A stretch of 64,000 bases of DNA. Origin: Eledone cirrhosa (Eukaryota). Both the position numbers and the translations under genes were made by a program. Location of the stretch: NCBI GenBank assembly GCA_964016885.1, contig OZ024740.1, forward strand, positions 132,928,001 through 132,992,000, in the 5' to 3' direction. The notes below the pieces were generated by a model that worked only from the letters and a program-made list of their open reading frames with translations, ran no database searches and was not told the origin of the DNA. Positions 1 to 13,000 of this stretch are shown here, one piece after another; the first letter of the stretch is position 1; each line of letters starts with the position of its first letter.

Positions 1-2441
1 AGGCTTAGGACAAGGTACGACGGTCAGGCGGTAGCAGATGACAGACGCGATGTACGCATTAGCCACCTCCGCTCGACCTTTCAGGGATAGCTTCCTCTCG
101 GCCCATTTCTGGGTGAGAGAAGCCACCCTGATCGTCACCTCGTCCCAGTTTTTGTCCGTCTGGAGGTCCGGACCGAACCAGACCCCTAGCAATTTAACCG
201 GTCCGTCCGTCCAGCGCCCGACGACGCTGTTGGACGGCATGGGCCTGCCTCTCCAGGTGCCGAGCTGCAGGCCCACTGACTTTTCCTGGTTGATCATTGC
301 TCCTGTCACCGCTTCGTATTCTCTTAGTGTAGTGCCGATCGCCTCGATGTGTTTGGCGTTCGACACCACTACGGTGACATCGTCCGCATATGCTGACACG
401 GATCTTCCGCATCCTAGTTCGCGCGGGACTCCCCTCAACGTCTCCAGTTTGTGCAGTAATGGCTCGAGAGTCAATACGTACAAGAGGGACGAGAGGGGAC
501 ATCCTTGGCGGACCGAGCGCATGATGTTGAACGGTTCCGACAGGTGACCGTTCACTCTCACCACAGAGCAGATGTCGCTGTGCATGGCAGCGATCCAGCC
601 TCTGAAGACGGGCCCAAAGCCAGCCGCCCTCAGGACTGCCGCTAGGTAACGATGGTCGACCCTATCGAAAGCTTTCGACTGATCTAAATTGATCAAGGAC
701 CCACCCGTGCCAGGTTCCTTAGCTACCCTCTCTATGATGTATCGCATGAGGTGGAGGTTGTCGTGGATGGATCTGTCGGGAATGGCGCATGTCTGCGCCT
801 CTCCCACCACACCACCAACGACAAGCGCCAACTTCTTTGCTAACACCTTGGCCAAAATCTTGAACTCTGTGTTTAGCAGAGTTATGGGCCGGAAATTATC
901 TACGTTATCCCCCTTGTTCGGATCCTTTCTCAGCAGTGCCACCGCTCTTCGGCTCACAGAACTGGGAATTCTCCCGTTCTGTTGCCAGTTGCAGTAGACG
1001 TCCGCCAATAGGCCTCCGAACAAGTCTGGCATCTGTACGTAAAGTTCATAGGGCAGACCATCCAAACCAGGCGATTTACCCCTTGTGCAGCCAGTCATTG
1101 CCTCCCTTACTTCAGCGGCTGTTATCGGCTTTTCGCAACACTTCGCCTCAGTGGCCGAGAGCCGCGGCAGTTCGTCGAGGTAGACGCTAAAGTCCATCCC
1201 TCTACCCGGCCCACCGCTGCCCCCGAACAGCTGAGCGCAGTGTCGCTGAAAAGCTTCACACATTTGCCCGGGATCGAGTAGCATGCGCCCGTCGTGGTCC
1301 ACCAAAGATCGGATCGTGGCTTTGTTGCCACGACGCGCCTCCGCCACTCGGGCCCATTGAACGGCTTTCGTCCCCTCGTGTCTGAGAGCACGCACCCTTG
1401 CACTGACAAAGCAGCCTTCGTGCTTTGCATTGAAGAATTGGTCAAGGGCCAATTTCGCCGCAAGCACGTCGGTCGCAATGCCTTTGCTAAGCTCCAGTCT
1501 AATTTTCTAACTAGTTCTCCCTCTACTCTATTTTTCTCTATTGCTAAAGCCTTACTAAACCTAATCGATTCTATTCTAATCGCTCTTTTCAGAGCAAACC
1601 ACCACTTGTTGTTGACGATGGCCCCCGTCAACGCCCGCTTAACTAGTTCGCTAATCCGGTCTCTGTAGGCCTTGCGCGCTGGTAAGGACGCGTTTAGCTT
1701 CCAGTAGCCGGGTCCTCGTCTATGAAGCCTATCTAAGTCAAGCACACAGATCACGAATTTGTGGTCCGTGTAGCTGACTATCTTGAATTGTGGACAGCCT
1801 ATGCTAGACCTATCTATTTCCCTACAAAATACTCTATCTAGATATGATCTGGATGACCCTATGCGGTTTGTCCAAGTCCACATTGGCACATTCAGGAAAT
1901 CCAATCGGTACCTGTCAGACAGTTCAAAATGCCTGAGCAGATTGGTGAGGCTCTTGCACCCTCCGCCCCTATTCGCTAATCCCACACAGTCCCAGCGTGC
2001 ATCTAAGATCCCGTTCCAGTCGCCTACTAACACTAAAGAGCGGGACGTTCCAAGAAAGGTCTCCAGACGCCGGAAGAAATCAGGCCGCCCTGCTCCTGTC
2101 GGGGCATAGACGGCCACTAGCCTGAAAGCTTGCCCGTCTCCACTGGTCACGTCCAGCACCACCAGCTTACCCTCTGGGTCCAGGAAGATGGCCCGTATGG
2201 CGAGATCCAAACCTCTCCGAAAAAGAACAGCAACTCCTCCACCCGATCCAGGACGGCTGGGAGATGCGTACACATCGTAGCCGCCGAAGATCGGTGCGAA
2301 GGCCCGTGCTTCGGTGATTCTGGTCTCGCTGATGGCCACTACATCTATGTTTAGTGACCTGAGGTCGTTGAGCAGGTGACCCTGCTTCCATGACGACCCC
2401 AAGCCACGCGCATTTATGCTGCCTATTCTGAGTGAGGTCAT
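1..2441 (-). pseudogene. Tx1 ORF2 (AP endonuclease + reverse transcriptase), frameshifted
   Basis: SINARGL, AISET, AVYAP, VGDWN, YLDRVF, YTDHK, GPGYWKLN; downstream frames give RPITLLN, DQSKAFDRVDH, QGCPLSPLLY, AYADD. Confidence 0.92.
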
Positions 2442-2476
2442 GTTTAAAATAGAGTGGAAAAGATGGGAAAGACCAC

Positions 2477-4576
2477 TTACCGTACTTTTCGTAGAGGAGG
2501 GATGGTTTTTACATCCCTTTTCACTTGATCGTCTGGTGAAGGGACCGTTGAATCGTCCCTTCGACTGGTCGTCGGCTCTTGTAAGAGAATGTCTGAATAT
2601 ACTCTTCGATTGATGGTTCCTCCTAGGTCCCTGAAATCACCAACTGCGTTGGGGAATTTCGTTTTAATGTTTGTGTATTGTTTCTGTGCTATTTTTAGCA
2701 GTCTTATGTTAGTTGGCGTTTTGATTGGTGCTGGTATTATGTAGTCCTGTTGTGAAATGTCTGTGTGTTCAATTTTGTAAGTCATTAGTTTCTTGTGTGT
2801 GTTTATTGCCGTGCATTTGTTTTTCTGGGGGTGGGGTGTGGTTCTGCTATTTTCTTGTCGTTGTTGCTGGGTGTGTGTGTTTTGTTGTTGTGTTTGCGAT
2901 GTTGGTGCTTGTGGTGGTGGTGTTGAAGGTGTTGTTGGCGGTGGGGTTGTCGCCGGTGGTGATGGTGGTGCTAGTGTGGGTGGTGATGGTGTTGGTGGTG
3001 TTGCTGCTGTGGGTCTCTTTGCAGTAGACTTTACCCTTTTCTCATTTCTTTCCTCCCTTTTCAAAGGCGACGATGCGCTGCTTCTGCGTTTGTGCCTTCT
3101 TACGACCTTTTGCCATCCCTCTCCCACCTCACACTCCATGTCTGATTCTGTGAGGTCGGGGAGGGTTACCAGCTCCACTCTTTCACTTGTTGTTGTTGGT
3201 GATGTTTGCACTGGAGTCTCTGTTGCAGCTGCATTTGGTATTGCTGTTGTTGTTGTTAATATTTCCACTGCTGCTGCTGTTTTTGATTTCCGTGGCGTGG
3301 GTATGGGTGCCACGGACCTATCGTTCCTGGTTGCCGCTTGTCCTGTTGCTGGTAGCCGTGGCCCGGTTTCGGAAGGAGGGGGGTTTTCTCCTTTCTCAGG
3401 GTCTTCTCGTTGCAGAAGGCCCTGAGGTGAGTCTTCGATCCACAGCGAAAGCATTTAGGGCGTTTGCCCTCAACACTTATGGGCAGTTGAGTGCCGTTAT
3501 CGAAGTCTATCACATCCGGGATAGCTTTGATGCACTCCTGGTTGGTTTGGATTAGCATCTCAATGGAGGTGCCTACCCAATGTTCTCTTACTTTTTTCTG
3601 TACTTGCAGTACAGTTGTTTTGTCCTCGATTCCTACGAGGACAGACGCGGCCAGCCAAGAAGGGGCCATTGCGGGGGGGACGTGGGTCAGTTTGACCCTC
3701 ACAATTTTTTGCCCGCAGTAGGAGGACACCAACACCATTTCCTCGCTCCTTAGGGTCACTACTGATTGGGCCTTTGCCTCCTGGGGTGTGGCAAAAAGTA
3801 CGTCTACGGTGGCTTTTTTTTTTGCCTCGGGTGATGTGCGTTTTCCCCTGCCACACAGACCCCAAGGCTTTTTGTATCTGAGCCTCTGTGGCTCTTTCCA
3901 CCCTACGGGATTTTGTACTTACTGTACGGTACGTGACCGTACAGTGCTGTTGGGTTTCGAAAAATGTTTCCGCTGCGTTGCAGATTGCTCGGTGTCCATT
4001 CTTTGTCACCATCTTCTTCGCTTCCTCTAATTCCTCATTTGTTATGAGGATTGTTTCCAAGTTTTTCGCAATGCCTGCAAATGAGATTGGTTTTTCTTTG
4101 CTGCTATTGTTGTTGTTGTCGTCCGAGCTGCTGGTACTTTTGTTGTTTCTGCAGGTACTACGACTACTGCCTCCGCCGCTGTTGCTGTGGTTGTTGTTGG
4201 TGTTGCTGCTGCTAATGCTGTTGTTGTTTATGCTGCTGGTGATGCTGTTGCGGCTGCTACTGTTGTTTTCATTGTCACTGTTGCTGTTGTTATTACGGCT
4301 GCTACTGCTATTATTCCTGACGTCAGACGAATGAACTGGGTTTTCGTATTTCCCGCACACCTGTTTCGTCGCTGTCGTCGTCGTCGTGGAGAAACCTTGC
4401 ACGCTTTGCACGAGACTTTTCTTTTCTTTCGTCACTTGCAAAAGAGAAGGGAGGGAGAGAGACACATTTAAAGAAGGGAGGGAGAGAGACAATCTTCTCT
4501 CTGCTGTAGTGATGATTGAGGAAGAAGAAGACGGAATGAGTGGGAGTGACGTATGAAATTTCTTTTTCGTAGCCAT
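2477..4576 (-). pseudogene. Tx1 ORF1 (gag-like RNA-binding protein with zinc knuckle), split by frameshifts
   Basis: Overlapping minus-strand ORFs 4576-3560, 3759-3256 and 3454-2477; CFRCGSKTHLRAFC CCHC knuckle; Pro/Thr-rich tail; lies directly upstream of ORF2. Confidence 0.8.
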
Positions 4577-4825
4577 GTTGTTTTTTTGTTTAAAATGAAT
4601 ATTGGGTACAAAACCCCAATAACTGGATATTTAACCCCGAAGGGCCAAATAACGGACAGAAAGACCCCTCTCACGAGGAGGAGGGTGTCTTTATCAACAA
4701 TTTGGTTCAAGTTTTAAACAATTTACAATTGTTTTAACGGTTAAAAATTACTATACCTTACAGAGCCGAGCCTCCGTCAACCATGGCATTCAATAATAAT
4801 AATAATAAGAAGAAGAAGAAGAAGA

Positions 4826-7800
4826 AATATTGTAAAAGAAAAGTTACTAACTGATATAGAAATTGATCAGATCAGGCTATTAGCACAAAGTCAGCGAAGG
4901 GAAAATGAAACATATGTCAGTGAAAACGAGGTAAATTGTAACACTTCGAATTCCAGGGTTGGGGCGGAATCACTGGCAACAGAACAAATTAAAGAAAGGA
5001 TCGAAAAAGTGGAGGGAGTGCATGCTCATGATGAAACACCAAATGAAAATAATGAGATCGTAAATGATAAAGAAATGAATGAGAATGAACTTGCCAACTT
5101 GAAGGATGAAATTATGATTGAATGGATGAAAATGAAAGAATCTGACATGGGGCAACGAGACACCCTCCCTAAGATCCAGAACTCCAAACAGAACCAAAAG
5201 ATAATACACAAGACTAACATAATTCTCAAAAACATTATCATCACAAACAAACTGAATATTACTGATTTAAATCATCTCTATTATGCATCAGCTAAAGTCA
5301 GCTCTCACTTATGTGGAGTGAAGATGAAAAAACAAAGGAATTCCCACAAGAAATCTACTTGGCAAGAGAACATCAATCGCCAAATAAACCTTCTCCGATC
5401 TGACATAGAAATTTTAACAAACTATAAAGTAGGTGAACATGTTAAACAAACTAAACTTAGAAAATTGAAAAGAAAGTACAGTATAAAATCAACAAGTGAC
5501 ATAGACATGCTGATAGAAATAATCAAGCAAAAAGTGTCGGCCAAAGCTGCTCGTATAAGGGGCTTTGAAAAACGATCTAGATTCTATAAGGACAATAATA
5601 TGTTCAAAAACAACAAAAGAAACTTCTACAGAAAAATTGGTAAGTCAACAATAATTGCTAAATCAATACTACCCAAGGAGGAAGTGCAAGAATTCTGAGA
5701 AAAGATCTGGGCCGAAGATAAAGTTCATAACCTACATGCCCCATGGATAGACAGACAAAAGAAAGATACAGCTTACCTTGAAGAACAAATATGGGAAAAT
5801 ATAACAGTTGAACAGTTGCGCTTGGCTCTAAGAAAAACCAGCAAATGGAAATCCCCAGGAAAAGACAAAATACATCATTTTTGGATAAATGCCTTCACAG
5901 AGTCTCATGAGCTGTTAGCCCAACTTTACAATGAAATAGTTAAGGAGCCAGAAAAGATACCATCATGGCTAGTTAACGGCATTACATTCCTGCTTCCGAA
6001 GAATGATGAGACAAACAAACCCAAAAATTACAGCAGACCGATAACTTGCTTGACCACAATGTATAACATTTTAACATCAGTCCTAACTGAATATACATAT
6101 GACCACCTGATAACAAATTGCCTATTTCCCATTGAGCAGAAAGGGTGTAAACGAGGCTCATATGGCTGTAAGGATCAGCTTTTGGTTAACAAAATGATAC
6201 TGGAAGATTGTCATAAAAGACACAAAAATCTATCAATTGCTTGGATAGATTATAAAAAAGCATTCGATAGTTTGCCACACAGTTGGATTAAAAATGTTTA
6301 GAGATTTTCAAAATATCCCCCGTTGTCAGGAGGTTTTTGTTATTCAGTATGAAGACATGGAAAACGACACTCCTTTTGAATAGTGAAACAAAATCACTGG
6401 AAGCTGGAGAAGTTAATATTAATTGTGTAATTTTTCAGGGTGACTCTTTATCACCGCTTTTATTCTGCATCGCATTTATACCATTAAGTAAAATGCTCAA
6501 TTAAACAAAACATGGATATAAAGTCTATGACAAAACCATTAATCACTTGTTCTACAGCGAGCTTGGTGCAGAGGTGAATTAGCCATTTTCTTTTCAAAGA
6601 AATTTTTTGATAATCATAAAAGTTTAAATTTTGGGCACAAGACCCCAATCTTTTTGGGTGTCCTTTTCGGAAAAAAATGTATGTGCGCTTATATATAGTT
6701 AACAATAAAAATGTTCCATAAATGGTAATTTTTAACAAACGTAAATAACAAACCTTTGCGGAGTTCACGATGATACGATTTACTACGTAGGTCGCCAATA
6801 ATAAAAATAAGAATGATTTCTTTATTAACCAAAAGGGTTTACATAAAGTAGACATTAAGGACAGTACAGGACAATACAGGACGGTACAAATGGGCATTTC
6901 TGCGTGTAAAAAACAAAAACAGAGGATATAACAAAAAATAACAATGAAAAATTCGCCAATAGGGGGGTACTTCGGAGGGACATTTGTGGAGAAAGCCCAA
7001 TAAAAGGCCACAGTGACCCTGACCACCAAGGCAAGTGCCCTCTCCCAGTTTTCCACCTTTAATTTACAGATACGTACTCTGAGTAGGCCCATTCACTCGG
7101 GCCATTCTTGCTTCTCTCACCCATCTTTCAACAAAATGCTGGGAAGAGAGCACTTCCCTCTCTACTCTGGTTTTCCTTTTCAAATGAAATTTGAAAAAGT
7201 CAATCAGGGCATCACCGAAGAGGTAAGTGCTCGTCTTCAGCCCTTTCAAACGTGTCCATTAATCACTTGTTCTACATGGATGACCTGAAACTATTTGCAA
7301 AAAAAGATGAACAATTGCAACGGCTATTATCCACTGTGGAGCAGTTCAGTGATGACATTAAAATGGAGTTTGGACTAGATAAATGCGCCAAAGCAACGTT
7401 CACCAGAGGAAAGCTGCTGAAAAGTTCAGACATTAATCTTGATCGGGGGAATGTGATAAGAGAACTTGATCAAGAGGAAACTTACAAATATCTAGGTGTT
7501 TGTGAAGGAGACGGAATCAAGCACTCGACAATGAGGGAAAGGATAAGGAAGGAATGTTACCGCAGAGTAAGAGCAATCTTAAAAACGGATCGATGCCATA
7601 AACACGCTTGCCATACCAGTAGTAACCTACAGTTACAATGTCATCAACTGGTCAAGCCCAGAGATCCGTAGGCTCGACACAAAAATTAGAAAATTCTTGA
7701 CCATGCACAGAATGCATCACCCTAAGGCAGATACAGATAGAATATATCTCCCTAGGAAAGAAGGAGGACGTGGGTTAATCCAGTTAGATATTGCGTTGAA

Positions 7801-8925
7801 AACTGCAACAATTGGATTATCTACATATCTAAGGGAATCACATGATTGGATGATCAAACTCGTTTTGAAACACGAAAGCATCAAAAGATCATACTCCATT
7901 ACAAAAGATGCACAAAATACAGTAAAGGACTACACATTTCAGAAGTCCCATTTACTGCCGAAATGGAAAACAGAATAAGCAAAGCAGGTAAAAGTAACTG
8001 CAAAGAAAGAACTGCTACAGAAACTGGCTAAGAAATAGCAAGAAAAGCCTCTGTATGGAAAATACCCCGAACGAGTTTATAATCCTGATGTTGACAAAAC
8101 TTTAACCCATCAGTGGTTGGCATCCTCTGACTGAAATCGGAGACTGAAGGACTGATTATATCAGCACAAGATCAGTGACTGCCAACAAAAAATTACCAAG
8201 CCAACATGATAAAAAATGGATGCAGCCCATTATGCCGTGTATGCAAAAAACAACCAGAGACCATTGACCATATGATTTCAATGTGCAGTCCTATAGCTCC
8301 AACCGAATACCTAAACTGGCATGACAGAGCTGCACAATACATACATTGGATAATGTGTAAGCATTTTGACCTGTCCCATCAAAAGAATTGGTGGGATCAT
8401 CAAACACCTCCCATACTTGAAAAAGATCACATCTCAATCTTGTGGAACGTTAGCATCCAAACAGACCGAAAAATAGATGCAAATAGACCTGATATAATAC
8501 TGAAGGACTTTAAAAAGTGGGTATGCCTGCTAATTGATATGTCCGTTCCAATAGACAAGAATGTATCTATAAAAACATTTGAAACATTGGAGATAGAAAT
8601 TGGAAAAATGTTGAAATTGAGAACTAAAACAATACCAGTGGTTCTAGGCGCTCTAGGAATGATACCTAAGGGGTCTAATGATTACTTATCGCAAATTCCA
8701 GGAAACCTGCGTATAGGAGAAATACAAAAGATAGTATTAATGGGAACTGCCCATATACTAAGGAAGATTCTGTCAATATAAGTACATCACAAGTCTAAAC
8801 ACGTAAAGATGCATGTGTGATTATGTATGTTCTTACTTGAACATGGCGGACCTGTTGTCTCTTGAGGTCACTGGTTGTGACTTGGTGATAACTCGTATGA
8901 ACATAAAGCAAGATAAATGCAGCTG
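4826..8925 (+). mobile_element. R4/Dong-clade non-LTR retrotransposon (RT + restriction-like endonuclease); 5'-truncated, decayed, interrupted at 6557-7255
   Basis: KWKSPGKD, RPITCL, EQKGC, WIDYKKAFDS, FQGDSLSP, NHLFYMDD, R.EGGRGL, CRVC..ETIDHMISMC, RPDII, IDMSVP; ends in (TAA)n at 8926, the typical Dong target. Confidence 0.92.
6557..7255 (-). mobile_element. 699-bp Tx1-derived insertion (ORF2 C-terminus, 3' UTR, ATT-like tail, then a 5' UTR-like segment) with a 21-bp TSD
   Basis: ccattaatcacttgttctaca at 6536-6556 and 7256-7276; encodes EREVLS..FVERWVREARMARVNGP, matching the ORF2 end of Tx1 copy B. Confidence 0.9.
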
Positions 8926-8952
8926 TAATAATAATAATAATAATAATAATAA

Positions 8953-9137
8953 TTGTTTCTACTTTTGGCACAAGGCCAGCAATTAACCAGTACATTACTG
9001 GTACTTTATGTTATCGAACCCGTAAGGATGAAAGGCAAAGTTAACCTCGGCGGGATTTTAATTCAGACTGTAAAGGGACGTAACTATGCTAGAAAGCATG
9101 GCGTCCAACCCTCTACCGATACTGCCAATTCACCGCC
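8953..9137 (-). mobile_element. tRNA-derived cephalopod-type SINE
   Basis: Minus strand reads ggcggtgaattggcag... cccgccgaggttaactttgcctttcatcc... aagtaccagt... gctggccttgtgcc...(att)n; several copies in the window. Confidence 0.85.
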
Positions 9138-9177
9138 ATTAATAATAATAATAATAATAATTATTATTATTATTATT

Positions 9178-9351
9178 ATTTCTACGTTAGGCACAAGGCC
9201 AGCAAATACCCAGTGCATTACTGGTACTTTATTTTATCGATCCCGTAAGGATGATAGGCAAAGTTAACCTTGGCGGGATTTGAACTCAGAATTTGCAAGG
9301 GCCGTAACTCTATGCGTCAAAGCATGGCCTCCAACATTCTACCGATACTGC
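9178..9351 (-). mobile_element. Second SINE copy of the same family
   Basis: B-box-like gagttcaaatcc, same core and ggccttgtgcc tail. Confidence 0.85.
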
Positions 9352-9353
9352 AG

Positions 9354-9742
9354 TAATAATAATGGTTTCATTTATTGGCCACGAGGGCCAAAATGTAGGG
9401 GACAATACAAAGACACGGACAGTGGGGATTTACAATAACCTCGAGTAAAAGTGCACAATGGCAAGAATAATTTAACAACGAAAATATAAAATAAACTATG
9501 CATAAAGATAACAAAATAAATTCCCCAATAGGGAGGCGGGACGACCTACGGGTAACTAATGTACCCCACAAATCCTAAACCACCCGACGCTTCTAGGGTC
9601 CCGGGGTGGGCACCCCACTCCTTCTCAAATTAACCATTCTATAGGCGCATAGTCACACGGGCCATTCTCGCCGCATTCATCCACCTTTTAGCAAATGTAC
9701 TGGGGTGCAGCATTTCTCTCTCCACCCTCACGCCCTTTCCAA
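9354..9742 (-). mobile_element. 5'-truncated Tx1 3' end (ORF2 tip + 3' UTR + ATT tail)
   Basis: Encodes EREML..KRWMNAARMARV; ends ggccctcgtggccaataaatgaaaccattatta. Confidence 0.85.
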
Positions 9743-10037
9743 GTGTTAGATCATTGAAGGTGTTAGATCTTCATTGCATTTATTTTGGTGTGTCGCACGT
9801 TTCGCTTTGAGAACATACAAACCGTTCATTTGTACATTTTCATTGTTGGTTTTGCGAAAAGAAATATTTGGGTGTGCGGGAAAGAATTAGAAGGAAGGAT
9901 AGGATGGAGGTAATGTAATATTTATGGGGAGGTACACTACATGGTAGAGGTGGTGAATGGGTGGGATTTTGGCCGCTTCTTAGAGATTTTGACATTTGTG
10001 TGGCGATGTGAGGGTGTTGAGGTGAGATTTAAGATAT

Positions 10038-13000
10038 GCTTCTTTTATTTGCCACCAGGGCATCAAAAGTGGGACAAGTACAAAGGGGGGAGTTTACACA
10101 AAAAAGCGTCCTCAATAAGGAGGAGGCAATAACAATGTATTAAAATAAAATAAAATATAACAAAAAATAAAATTTATAACAAAATCCTCAATAGAGAGGA
10201 GGCGCCTTGGGGGGTCGCACACACCCCCGAAAAAAGTGTGCAACCCTTTTCCACAGGAGCACAGAGGGGGGGGGGGTGCTCCCTCGTTCCTTCCTCGTTT
10301 CCACCTACAGGCTTATGTAAAGAGAAGGCCCATCCACACGGGCCATTCTCGCCACTTTCACCCACCTTTCATAAAAACGACTGGGGTGGAGCACCTCTCT
10401 CTCCATCCAGATCCTTCTTCCGAAATGATATCGGAAGAAACGGACCAGTTGTTGGCCAGAGAGAAAGGTGCCTGACCTCAGTCCTTTCAGACGCGTCCAC
10501 CATACAACTTCTTTCACCATGGCTATTACGCACAGAAACACCGCCTCTCCTTCATCTTTGAAGGGGGAGGCGGCTTGATCATTACATTAGACTCGGTGGT
10601 CAACCGGATCGGTCCCACCCTTGACAGCAGTTGTTCGACATAGCCCCACAGATCGGCTACGCCCGAGCAGTGTACCAATGCGTGTGCAACGGTTTCCTCG
10701 TCGCACACGCATCTGGGACAGATCTTTTTGGCGGCGTCCCTACTCGAGCGCCCGTGTCTGTAGAGCTTTTATCGAACGGGTAGAGCCCCTCGGTAGCACT
10801 GCCAGGCCAGGGACTTCTGGAAGTTGTCCATAGGTCCCGGGCTGAATGTCCTACCGAACAGGCTGGCCAGTTCGTCCTCCTCCATGTCTAGGGCTTCTCT
10901 GAGGGCGTCGTCGCACCTGCTGCTACCAGCCCTCTATAGAATGTTGCGGTGGAGTCTCCACTGATAACCGGATCCGCCTGCCAGAGGGCGGTGAGCGCCT
11001 GGGCACACTCTGTGTGCCAGGCGCCCAGTTTTCTCGGTCTTTGCTTGACCCAGGATTGCAGCTCGGTGAGTGAGACCAGTCTGGGAAAGGTTCGTCTCAC
11101 AAACGAGGCCCACACCGGTTGACCGGTGAGGAATACGTAGAGGTGCCGTAGCCTTAATGCGTGTTTACGCATCATTAGCCACGGCATCCCCAGCCCTCCT
11201 TTCGAAGGGTGTTGACAGCAGATGGATCTCCTCACCATAGGAGCCCGCCTCTTCCAAAGGAATTGGAAAAGCGCGCGCTCCATCTTCGCGAGGGTTTCCC
11301 TTGGGAAGGGCACTACGGTCAGGCGGTAGTAGATGACGACGCTATATAGGTGTTCGCTACCTCCGCCCGACCTTTCAGGGATAGTTTGCAACTGGCCCAC
11401 TTCTGGGTCAGTGCAAACACCCTGTTCGTAACCTCCGCCCAGTTTTTCTCCACCTGGAGGTCCGGTCCGAACCAGACCCCGAGCAACTTCACCGGGCCCT
11501 TCGTCCAGCGTCCGACGACGCCATCGGAGGGCGTCAGTCTGCCCCTCCACGTGCCGAGTTGCAAACCGATCGACTTGTCCCGGTTCAGCTTAGCCCCTGT
11601 GAAACTTTCGTACTCCTCCAGTTAGGTGCCGACCGCCTCGATTTCGGAGGCCGTCGACACCATTACTGTCACGCCATCGGCGTAGGCCGACACCGCTTTC
11701 CGCAATCCCGGTTCCAAAGGGATGCCCTGCGACAACTCCAACTTCCGCAGTAGTGGCTCGAGAGTCAACACATACAGAAGGGAGGAGAGAGGGCACCCTT
11801 GTCGGATGGACCGCGCGATTTTGAACGGCTCCGAGAGGTAGCCGTTCACCTTGACCCTAGAACAGATGCGGCTGCTGTGCATAGCAGTGATCCAGCCCCT
11901 GAAAACGGGTCCGAAGCCTGCCGCCGCTAGCACCGCATCCAGGTAACCATGGTCGACCCTATCGAACGCCTTAGATTGATCCAAGTTGATCAGAGCCCCA
12001 CCAAAGCCGGGTTCGTTCCCAACCCTCTCTATGATGTATCTCATGAGGTGGAGGTTGTCATGGATGGACCTGGACGGGATAGCGCATGACTGCGCATCTC
12101 CCACCAGGTTGCCCACGACAAGCGCCAACCTCTTTGCTAGCACCTTGGCCAAAATCTTTAACTCTGTATTTAGCAGAGTTATGGGCCTGGAGTTACTTAT
12201 TTCGTCCCCCTTGTTCTCGTCCTTCCTCACTAGCGTGACTACGCCCTTGGTCACAGTACAGGGAATTCTCCCGTTCTGTTGCCAGTTGCAGTAGACCGCC
12301 TCGAGTAGATCGGGGAACAAGTCCGGCATAGCTAGATATAATTCGTAAGGAAGACCATCGAGACCCGGGGATTTGCATTTGCCGCATTGGCTCAGCACGT
12401 CCTCTATCTCAGCGGCCGAAATCGGCTCCTCGCAGGACTTCGCCTCCCTGTCCGAGAGGCGCGGCAGGCCGTCGAGTTATGGACCGAAGTCCACGTTCCC
12501 AACCGGCTCCCCGCCCCTCCCGAACAGTCGGGCAAAGTGCCTTTGAAAGGCCTCACACATCTGCTCAGGCTCAAGAATCGCCCGTCCATCCAGGTTTCGC
12601 AAAGACCGGATGGTGGATTTAGTACCACTGTTGGCCTCTGTCACGCGGGCCCAGCTAACAGCTTTGGTCCCCTCGTTCCCTAGAGCACGTATTTAACTTC
12701 GGACAACGCAGCCTTCGTGCTTCGCGTCGAAAAACTGGCTCAAAGCCGTTCTCGACGCTAGCACTCTGGCCACGTCGCCGCTTCTAATTGCCTCTTCTAC
12801 TCTATCTATTAGCTCCCTTTCCTTCCTATTCCTATCCGCAGCTAGAACCTTACTAAATTCTATCGAGACTACTCTAATCTCTCTCTTTAGAGATACCCAC
12901 CACCTGCTGTTGACGATCGCTCCAGTCAACAGTTCCTTAACTAACGTACTAATCCGATCCCTGTAGGCTCTACTTGCCGGCAAGGACAAGTTGAGCTTCC

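Larger units (their letters stand above)
1..4789 (-). mobile_element. L1/Tx1-clade non-LTR retrotransposon (copy A); 5' UTR + ORF1 + ORF2, running off the left edge of the window
   Basis: APE endonuclease, RT and CCHC-containing ORF1 in L1/Tx1 order; 5' end abuts an (ATT)n tract at 4790-4807. Confidence 0.92.

Noticed and set aside
4790-5010. HDV-like ribozyme at the Dong 5' end
   Set aside because: The element starts inside coding sequence (5'-truncated) and no nested double pseudoknot motif is visible
6484-7092. 202-aa minus-strand ORF as a novel gene
   Set aside because: It crosses the TSD boundary and consists of Tx1 UTR plus antisense Dong sequence; a chance open frame
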